From: Chitinophagaceae bacterium
GTDB taxonomy: Bacteria; Bacteroidota; Bacteroidia; Chitinophagales; Chitinophagaceae
Length of the DNA stretch: 64,000 nucleotides
Assembly (NCBI GenBank): GCA_039921525.1
Contig: JBDSBP010000575.1
Span: 4,712-68,711, forward strand
Direction: 5' to 3'
Shown: piece after piece, positions 27,533 to 34,812 of the stretch
Layout of the letters: every line of letters begins with the position of its first letter
Position numbering within the stretch: the stretch's first letter is position 1
The notes under the pieces: model-generated
Seen by the model: the letters and a program-made list of their open reading frames with translations, nothing else
Told to the model about the DNA's origin: nothing
The model's database searches: none
Program-made: the position numbers and the translations under genes

Positions 27533-28357
27533 ATGGATAAAATCTGGTACTTAATATTATTTGGAACTATTGGAATGCTTTCATTAACCCTGGGGTTAAT
27601 CGTATTTATAATCTTTCATCAGCGCCGGGTAATACGTTATCAGCTTACCCTGCAAAAAATGGAAGAAGAACAGCAAAGCATCTTACTTAGCGCATCTATA
27701 AGGCTGCAGGAAGAGGAACGTCAACGACTGGCTGCCGACCTTCATGATGATGCAGGACCACTGTTAGCCACTGCCCGATTGTATCTTAATGAAAACCTCG
27801 TAACCCTTGATAAATCGTCTCAATTACAGCATATATCTGCTGCCAAATCTATCATTGACGATACTATTCATCTTATCCGTAATATTTCACATAGTCTGAT
27901 GCCTCCAACCTTGAAAAATTTCGGACTTGAATCAGCGGTTAATGACCTTTTCCATAAAATTGCAGGTGCCGGCACTATCAATACCAGTTGCCGTTTTCAC
28001 GATTACAATAACCGGTTGAAAATGGAACACGAACAGATTGTATTTCGCGTGATCCAGGAATTGATAAATAATATCCTTAAACATAGCAATCCGAGTTTTA
28101 TCCATGTTACTCAAAACACCAACGGGGAAAAATTTTTTATCAGGCTGCATCATGATGGCCTGGGCTTAATGCAAACAGACTTTGACAGGTTAACCAAGAG
28201 CTCCGGTGGACTGGGTCTAAAAAATATCAGCAGCCGCCTGAGGGTATTGTTTGGAAAAATACTATTTGAGAAAGATATTTCAGAAACTTATTATAAGATT
28301 ACGATAGAACTTCCAAAAGAAGAAGAAAACATCCTGTTAGAAAAAGTAAAGATATAA
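27533..28357 (+). CDS. sensor histidine kinase, HisKA_3, single TM (intramembrane-sensing type)
   Basis: One TM helix and no extracytoplasmic domain. H-box DLHDDAGPLLA, and HATPase_c motifs (NNILKHS, HDGLGL, GGLGLKN). Confidence 0.85.
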   Translation: MDKIWYLILFGTIGMLSLTLGLIVFIIFHQRRVIRYQLTLQKMEEEQQSILLSASIRLQEEERQRLAADLHDDAGPLLATARLYLNENLVTLDKSSQLQHISAAKSIIDDTIHLIRNISHSLMPPTLKNFGLESAVNDLFHKIAGAGTINTSCRFHDYNNRLKMEHEQIVFRVIQELINNILKHSNPSFIHVTQNTNGEKFFIRLHHDGLGLMQTDFDRLTKSSGGLGLKNISSRLRVLFGKILFEKDISETYYKITIELPKEEENILLEKVKI

Positions 28358-28393
28358 TTATGCGTATATTTACCTATAATTTACTATTTTTCT

Positions 28394-29044
28394 ATGGGTG
28401 TTATCAAAGTAGCTATTGCTGATGACCATAAAATTTTCCGGAAAGGTGTCATCCTGTCATTACGTCCCTACAATAATATTAAGTTTGTTCAGGAGGCCGA
28501 CAATGGCCAGGAATTGATTGATGGTTTAGCAGCCTCGCAACCCGATGTAATTCTTATGGATCTTCGTATGCCCTTGAAAGATGGTATCGAAACTACTAAA
28601 TATATTGTCAAAAGTCATCCTGGCATTTATATTCTTGCCTTAACAATGTTTGAAGATGAACGTTTTGTAAGCCATATGATGGAAATAGGTGCTAATGGAT
28701 ATTTATTAAAAAGTGCCGATCCCCAGGAAATAAAACAGGCTATTGTGGAAGTATGTACTAAAGGTTATTACCTGAATAATTTTGTGAACCGCATATTATT
28801 AAAAAAATCACATGCAAAAAACAGGGCTATTCCAAATCTTAACAGCGATGCTACCCTTACAGAGCGTGAACGGGATGTGATCAAATACATCTGTATGGAA
28901 TTTACCGCGCATGAAATCGCACAAAAGCTGGAAGTGAGCCCCAGAACAATCGAGGCAATCAAAGATCGCCTAATGGAGCGTTTTGGCGCAAAAAACACCG
29001 CTGGCCTGGTGTTTTTTGCGGTAAAAAATAACCTGATAGACTAG
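28394..29044 (+). CDS. response regulator, NarL/LuxR family
   Basis: REC domain (ADDH, LMDLRMP) plus LuxR HTH (AHEIAQKLEVSPRTIEAIK). Confidence 0.9.
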   Translation: MGVIKVAIADDHKIFRKGVILSLRPYNNIKFVQEADNGQELIDGLAASQPDVILMDLRMPLKDGIETTKYIVKSHPGIYILALTMFEDERFVSHMMEIGANGYLLKSADPQEIKQAIVEVCTKGYYLNNFVNRILLKKSHAKNRAIPNLNSDATLTERERDVIKYICMEFTAHEIAQKLEVSPRTIEAIKDRLMERFGAKNTAGLVFFAVKNNLID

Positions 29045-29110
29045 GCATGAGGTATGAGCCTTCGATCAGCAGCGCCGATATCCCCCCTGTAAATAACATT
29101 TTTGATGCGC

Positions 29111-29243
29111 GGCGTTTGTAGGGGCAGGGCTTGCCCGCCCTGTTACACCGGATACGTGTGGTATTTTGTCGACGTCTCCTATAAATATATTGTCAGTTTC
29201 GTATGCAGTCAGGGCGGGGGCAAGCCCTGCCCCTACAAACGCC
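29111..29243. repeat. 133-bp element with 32/34-bp GC-rich terminal inverted repeats (REP/MITE-like)
   Basis: GGCGTTTGTAGGGGCAGGGCTTGCCCGCCCTG (29111-29142) against CAGGGCGGGGGCAAGCCCTGCCCCTACAAACGCC (29210-29243). Spacer is 67 bp. A third copy of the arm lies at 32571-32598. Confidence 0.8.
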
Positions 29244-30061
29244 CCAACATTTTAGTCAGGCATTGGATCATAATTCTGTTTATTGGCGGATGTTATATAA
29301 AAGTCTCTCATGAATTGACCATTCAAACGTCAGGTGAGATAACTTTAAAAAGTAGCATGATTAACTCCTTAATTATTATCAACTTGGGTTAAGTTATATA
29401 ATAGGTATGAGGAGAAAGGATGGGCCAGATTATAGAAAAGATAAAATGAGGCTGACTCAAAAGAATCTCAAAAACAACTGAGAGTGACGCTGATATCTTC
29501 CCCTCCTTTTTCCTTTAGGGGAGGTTGGATTCCGTAGCCTAGCACGGAATTCATCGGGGGTGGTTACCTTGGGTGCAGCCGACAAATGGCGCTCGAGCTG
29601 TAACATGCCGCAGCAACCACCCCCGTCCAGTCACGTGCTTCGCATCGTTCCTGAACAACCCCTCCTTAAATAAGGAACACATCCTCATACTAAGTGCAGG
29701 AAGGTTCATGGAAAACTTTACTATTATGCAAATCAATTTATTTTTGTCATTTCAGCGAAGCGCGGCAACCTTCCCGAATTAAAACATCTTGCGCGCTTCC
29801 CCTGAAATCTCTACAATGCGGGCCATCTTCATCTTGGAGATTTCAGCTCAAAGCGCCGTAACATGCATTTATGCGCAATTTATATGACGCGTCAGCTGAA
29901 ATGAAAGGAAAACTATCAAAAACGTGTATCCTTACGGTAGCCTGAATTAGGAGTGGATGATAGCACCATCAACTTTATGTTTATTTTACCTTCACCCATA
30001 CCATGGAAACTTTATCTTAGCGGATAAATCAATCAATCGATTTTAAAACTGTTGAGTACCA

Positions 30062-32560
30062 ATGCAAAAATTCGCCTCTTTTTTCTTTGTGCTGATCGTG
30101 ACAGTTGCAAACATGCAACTAAGAGCCCAGACGCCTCAGGCGCTTTCTTCATCAGATATATTACTGGGATTAAAAAAATTAAATGTTCTGGGTTCTGTGC
30201 TGTATGTCGCCGCCCACCCCGATGATGAGAATACCCGCTTGCTGGCTTATTTTGCCAAGGGAAAATTATATCGCACAGGCTATTTATCCCTTACACGCGG
30301 CGATGGTGGTCAGAACCTTATCGGTAATGAACAGGGAATTGAATTGGGACTGATTCGTACACAGGAATTATTGTCGGCAAGGAGGATTGATGGCGCCGAA
30401 CAATTTTTTTCGAGGGCCTTTGATTTTGGTTTTTCCAAAAGCACCGACGAAGCCCTCCGTTTTTGGAACAAAGATAAAATTCTTTCCGATGTTGTTTGGG
30501 TGATCCGCAAATTCCACCCGGATATTATCATTACCCGTTTTCCGCAGGACAACCGTGCGGGTCATGGTCATCACTCTGCATCCGCAGTGCTGGCTGTTGA
30601 AGCGTTTTCTGCTGCAGCAGATCCCATGAAATTCCCGGAGCAATTAAAATATGTAAAACCATGGCAGGCAAAACGCGTACTCTGGAACACTTTTAATTTT
30701 GGCAACACAAACACCACGAGTGAAGACCAGTTTAAAATGGATGTGGGTATGTACAACCCTTTATTAGGGAAGGGCTATGGAGAAATTGCTGCGGAAAGCC
30801 GCAGCCAGCACAAGAGCCAGGGCTTTGGCGTATCCCGTCAACGTGGCCCTGCGCCCGAATATTTTTCTTTGTGGAAAGGCGACGCCGCAAAAGCGGATTT
30901 GTTAGATGGTGTTACCACCACCTGGAGCCGGGTGAGAGGTGCTGAAAATATCCAGCAACAAATTGAGACCATCATCAACAGTTATTCCCTGTTTGAGCCG
31001 GGTAAGTCCGTTAAGGCGCTTGTTGAGCTATATAAAAATGTGGAGGCCCTGGACGATGATTATTGGAAACCGCAAAAGTTAAAAGAAATTCAACAACTTA
31101 TTGAAGCCTGCAGCGGCCTTTGGATAGAAGCAACCACCCAGGAACACCTTGCCATCCAGGGGGATTCTTTGCCGGTAACTTTTTTCCTGAACAATCGCAA
31201 TGGCAATAGCCTGGTGATCCGGAACATCAAACTGGAAAATATTGATACCACATTAAATAAACCATTAGAATCGAATAAAAACCTGGAGTTCAGAAAGTAC
31301 TTGGCTATTGCTGATACCTTTCCTGTTACCCAGCCGTACTGGCTCGTGAACCCGATGAGTAGTGGTTCTTACGATGTGAAGAATCAACTGTTGATTGGAA
31401 ATCCGGACAACGCCGCCGCTTTCAATGCCCGTTTTATTGTTAGTATCGAAGGCAAAGACTTTGAACTGATAAGGCCCATAAAGCAAAAATATACCGACCC
31501 GGTAAAGGGAGAAGTATATGAACCGGTAGTAGTGGGGCCACCTGTCTTAATAACGCCCGATAAAACGTTGCTGATATCGGCAACACCTACTCCTCAAAAC
31601 ATTCACTTTTCGGTAAAGGCTTTACAAGATATAACAACGCCTTTATTTTCTATTTCCGCCAACAAACAATGGCAGGCAGAAAAACAGGCTGCTTCAATGC
31701 TTCCCAAACTTGAAAAAATAAGTGAAACGGATTTCCTGGTAACATTAAAACCCGTATTAAAGGAAAGGGTGCCAGGTATGCAAACAATAAAAGGCTTTGT
31801 TGCGGGGAATGGCGTGACTTTTGGCAATTCCTTGCATGCAATTAATTATGAACATATTCCGGCTATTAATTATTTTAAAGTACCCGAGGTTAATATTTTG
31901 ACACTGGATCTAAAAACTGCAGGGAAGAAAATAGGGTATATAGAAGGGGCAGGAGATTATGTGCCGGCTGCTTTGATCCAGATGGGATATGAGGTCACCA
32001 TGCTTAACGATAATAACCTGGCTAATCTTAATCTCGAGCAATTTGATGCTATTATCGCGGGGGTGAGGGCATATAATATCAGGGAGTCGCTGAATGTGAA
32101 TTACGGAAAGCTGATGCGGTATATTGAGCAGGGTGGTAATCTTATTGTGCAGTACAATACCTCTACCCAGATCGGTCCTGTAAAAGCTAAAATAGGGCCC
32201 TATCCTTTTGTTATCTCACGTAATAGGGTAACCGATGAAAAGGCGGCAGTAAAAATTTTAAAACCTGATCACCAGATCTTAAATTATCCCAATAAAATCG
32301 GCGCTGCTGATTTTGACGGCTGGGTGCAGGAACGCAGCATTTATCATGCTCAAAACTGGGATACGCATTATGAAACTATATTTGCTTTACATGATCCTGG
32401 TGAAACGGATGATGAAGGAAGCCTGATCACCACCGAATATGGTAAAGGAAATTTTGTATATACCGGGTTGGTTTTCTACCGGGAACTGCCTGCAGGTGTG
32501 CCCGGCGCATACAGGCTGCTGGCTAATTTGATTGCGTTGAATAAGCTGAAAGCGTTTTAA
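30062..32560 (+). CDS. PIG-L/LmbE family deacetylase with long C-terminal extension
   Basis: Signal peptide, AHPDDE zinc motif and HGHH motif in the N-terminal domain, 832 aa. Confidence 0.8.
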   Translation: MQKFASFFFVLIVTVANMQLRAQTPQALSSSDILLGLKKLNVLGSVLYVAAHPDDENTRLLAYFAKGKLYRTGYLSLTRGDGGQNLIGNEQGIELGLIRTQELLSARRIDGAEQFFSRAFDFGFSKSTDEALRFWNKDKILSDVVWVIRKFHPDIIITRFPQDNRAGHGHHSASAVLAVEAFSAAADPMKFPEQLKYVKPWQAKRVLWNTFNFGNTNTTSEDQFKMDVGMYNPLLGKGYGEIAAESRSQHKSQGFGVSRQRGPAPEYFSLWKGDAAKADLLDGVTTTWSRVRGAENIQQQIETIINSYSLFEPGKSVKALVELYKNVEALDDDYWKPQKLKEIQQLIEACSGLWIEATTQEHLAIQGDSLPVTFFLNNRNGNSLVIRNIKLENIDTTLNKPLESNKNLEFRKYLAIADTFPVTQPYWLVNPMSSGSYDVKNQLLIGNPDNAAAFNARFIVSIEGKDFELIRPIKQKYTDPVKGEVYEPVVVGPPVLITPDKTLLISATPTPQNIHFSVKALQDITTPLFSISANKQWQAEKQAASMLPKLEKISETDFLVTLKPVLKERVPGMQTIKGFVAGNGVTFGNSLHAINYEHIPAINYFKVPEVNILTLDLKTAGKKIGYIEGAGDYVPAALIQMGYEVTMLNDNNLANLNLEQFDAIIAGVRAYNIRESLNVNYGKLMRYIEQGGNLIVQYNTSTQIGPVKAKIGPYPFVISRNRVTDEKAAVKILKPDHQILNYPNKIGAADFDGWVQERSIYHAQNWDTHYETIFALHDPGETDDEGSLITTEYGKGNFVYTGLVFYRELPAGVPGAYRLLANLIALNKLKAF

Positions 32561-32570
32561 CATTTTAAGC

Positions 32571-32598
32571 TGTAGGGGCAGGGCTTGCCCCCGCCCTG
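32571..32598 (+). repeat. solo copy of the GC-rich palindromic motif TGTAGGGGCAGGGCTTGCCCCCGCCCTG
   Basis: Matches the arms at 29111 and 29243. Lies 10 nt after the PIG-L stop codon. Confidence 0.8.
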
Positions 32599-32634
32599 GT
32601 TTAACTTAGGTACGATTAAAAACATTTATTTATT

Positions 32635-32793
32635 ATGAGCGATACCTCGGGACAAAGGCGTAACATAACTATTTTCATAGTAGTGATCGTGGGATTAGTA
32701 ATCGGTTTGTTTATAAAACGTGTACCATTAGGATTATTAATAGGTGTGATTTTGGGTTTGCTTGCGTCCGGTCTTTCATCAAAAAGAAAATGA
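32635..32793 (+). CDS. 52-aa two-helix mini membrane protein (hypothetical)
   Basis: Hand-translated as MSDTSGQRRNITIFIVVIVGLVIGLFIKRVPLGLLIGVILGLLASGLSSKRK*. Too short for the track. Confidence 0.4.
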   Translation: MSDTSGQRRNITIFIVVIVGLVIGLFIKRVPLGLLIGVILGLLASGLSSKRK

Positions 32794-32798
32794 TCAAT

Positions 32799-32924
32799 AT
32801 GAGTGATGAGATAAAAGAAAAAGTTCCTGTGTTCCGATCCTGGAATTTATGGTATGCTTTCGTCATACTTTTCCTGGTGGTACTTATCATACTTTTTACG
32901 TTTTTCACCAATTATTTTGCATGA
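32799..32924 (+). CDS. 41-aa single-TM mini protein, stop overlaps the symporter start (ATGA)
   Basis: Hand-translated as MSDEIKEKVPVFRSWNLWYAFVILFLVVLIILFTFFTNYFA*. Its TGA (32922-32924) overlaps the ATG at 32921. Confidence 0.45.
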   Translation: MSDEIKEKVPVFRSWNLWYAFVILFLVVLIILFTFFTNYFA

Positions 32925-34696
32925 GTCAGCTGGATTGGATAGTACTGGGAGTTTCATTGATTGGGATTGTTGCCTATGGCTTATATAAAAGCAAAACTAC
33001 CAGGGACCTTGATGGTTATTTTTTGAGTAACCGTACAATGCCCTGGTATTTGGTTTTATTAAGTATTATGGGAACGCAGGCCAGTGCAATAACTTTTCTT
33101 TCTGCTCCCGGTCAGGCATATACGGATGGAATGCGTTTCGTTCAATACTATTTTGGGCTGCCACTGGCAATGGTTTTGTTATGTATCACCTTCGTTCCCA
33201 TCTTCCATAAATTAAAAGTTTATACCGCTTACGAATACCTTGAAAACCGGTTCGATGTAAAAACCAGGACACTCACCTCTTTTCTTTTTTTATTACAACG
33301 TGGCCTTTCAACCGGTATCAGTATTTACGCACCCTCCATAATTCTTTCGTCTCTGTTCGGCTGGAATATTTTCTGGACGAATATTGTAATGGGTGGACTT
33401 CTGATTATTTATACCGTTAGTGGCGGCGCAAGAGCCGTTGCCTATACCCAACAATTGCAATTTGTTATCATCTTTGTAGGAATGGCTGTAACGGCCTATA
33501 TGGTGGTTCGCTTGCTACCCAACGGTATAGATTTTATTGATACGCTTAAAGTCAGTGGAAGATTGGGCAAATTAAACGTTATCACCACCGGCAATACAGA
33601 CAAAGGATTTAACTGGAATGACCGGTATAATATCTGGAGCGGTATTATCGGCGGATTCTTCCTGGCCTTGTCTTATTTCGGCACCGATCAAAGCCAGGTG
33701 GGACGCTACCTCACGGCAAAAAGTGTTTCAGAAAGCAGGATCGGTTTATTAATGAACGGATTGGTAAAGGTTCCCATGCAGTTTCTTATCCTGCTGGTGG
33801 GTGCTATGGTTTTCACCTTTTACCAGTTTAACCAGGCACCGCTTTTTTTTAATCAGACACAGGTGGCGATTGTTGAATCATCATCGTACAAAGATTCCCT
33901 CCATATTATTCAGCAACGATACTCCAGCTTATCTGCACAAAAAAAGAAGCTGGTGGAGCAATTTGTAGGTGATTATAAATCGGGCAGGAATACAGATCAA
34001 CCCGTAACTGCTTTAAAACAAGTAAATAAGGAAACGGAAAAACTTCGGAGCGACTTTAAGAATATTCTTGAAAAAGAAGATGTCAACGGGGATTCCAATG
34101 ACACCAATTATATTTTTCTACGTTTTGTAGTGGATTACATGCCGAAGGGGTTGGTGGGTCTTTTAATAGCGGTTATCTTCCTCGCTTCCTGGGGCAGCAT
34201 CGCAGCAGCGCTTAACTCGTTGGCTTCCACCACGGTTGTAGACATTCATAAAAAATTTGTGCAACTAGACTGCACGGAGGCGCAGGATTATTCCATATCC
34301 AAGTGGTATACTTTTGCCTGGGGCATCTTCAGCATTATCATAGCACAGTTTGCGGGCAATATGGGCAGCCTTATTGAAGCAGTGAATGTGCTCGGCTCTT
34401 TGTTTTACGGGGTAATACTGGGCATTTTTTTAGTAGCTTTTTATATGAAGAGCATCAGGGGAAACGCCGTATTTATCAGTGCAATACTGGTTGAAATTAT
34501 AATCATACTCTCCTTCGTCTGGCCATGGTTAACGAAAAAAATCCCCTCGGTAATTGATAAGATGCCTTCTTTTATTCAACACTTCATGGAAGGTATGGCG
34601 AACATCAGTTTTCTCTGGTTGAATGCCATTGGCGCTATTGGTATGATTGTGATGTCTTTTTTATTGCAATTGGTGTTGAAGAAAAGAACGAATTAA
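32921..34696 (+). CDS. sodium:solute symporter family transporter
   Basis: About 13 TM helices with an SSS-type N-terminus. The likely start is MSQLDWIVLG at 32921; the track start at 32849 lies inside the upstream mini-ORF. Confidence 0.85.
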   Translation: MSQLDWIVLGVSLIGIVAYGLYKSKTTRDLDGYFLSNRTMPWYLVLLSIMGTQASAITFLSAPGQAYTDGMRFVQYYFGLPLAMVLLCITFVPIFHKLKVYTAYEYLENRFDVKTRTLTSFLFLLQRGLSTGISIYAPSIILSSLFGWNIFWTNIVMGGLLIIYTVSGGARAVAYTQQLQFVIIFVGMAVTAYMVVRLLPNGIDFIDTLKVSGRLGKLNVITTGNTDKGFNWNDRYNIWSGIIGGFFLALSYFGTDQSQVGRYLTAKSVSESRIGLLMNGLVKVPMQFLILLVGAMVFTFYQFNQAPLFFNQTQVAIVESSSYKDSLHIIQQRYSSLSAQKKKLVEQFVGDYKSGRNTDQPVTALKQVNKETEKLRSDFKNILEKEDVNGDSNDTNYIFLRFVVDYMPKGLVGLLIAVIFLASWGSIAAALNSLASTTVVDIHKKFVQLDCTEAQDYSISKWYTFAWGIFSIIIAQFAGNMGSLIEAVNVLGSLFYGVILGIFLVAFYMKSIRGNAVFISAILVEIIIILSFVWPWLTKKIPSVIDKMPSFIQHFMEGMANISFLWLNAIGAIGMIVMSFLLQLVLKKRTN

Positions 34697-34717
34697 TTGT
34701 TAATTGTTAATTGTTAA
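34694..34717. repeat. tandem heptamer array TAATTGT x3
   Basis: Starts with the symporter TAA stop codon (34694-34696). Confidence 0.85.
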
Positions 34718-34812
34718 CGGCTTTCACGGTCCAACGTCATAAACAATACAATTCTTTCTTTTGCGTTTATTACTCGAATTGATTCCAAATCCTGTGATAA
34801 ATCCTATCCACT

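Noticed and set aside
29102-29392. 96-aa track ORF (MMRGVCRGRACPPCY...)
   Set aside because: The reading frame is produced by the GC-rich inverted repeats at 29111-29243. The product is Cys/Gly/Pro-rich nonsense with no start context, inside a region full of palindromes.
32849-32920. N-terminal extension of the symporter as given by the ORF track
   Set aside because: The extension (MVCFRHTFPGGTYHTFYVFHQLFC) is not membrane-protein-like and overlaps the 41-aa mini-ORF in another frame. The ATG at 32921, with its ATGA overlap, is the better start.
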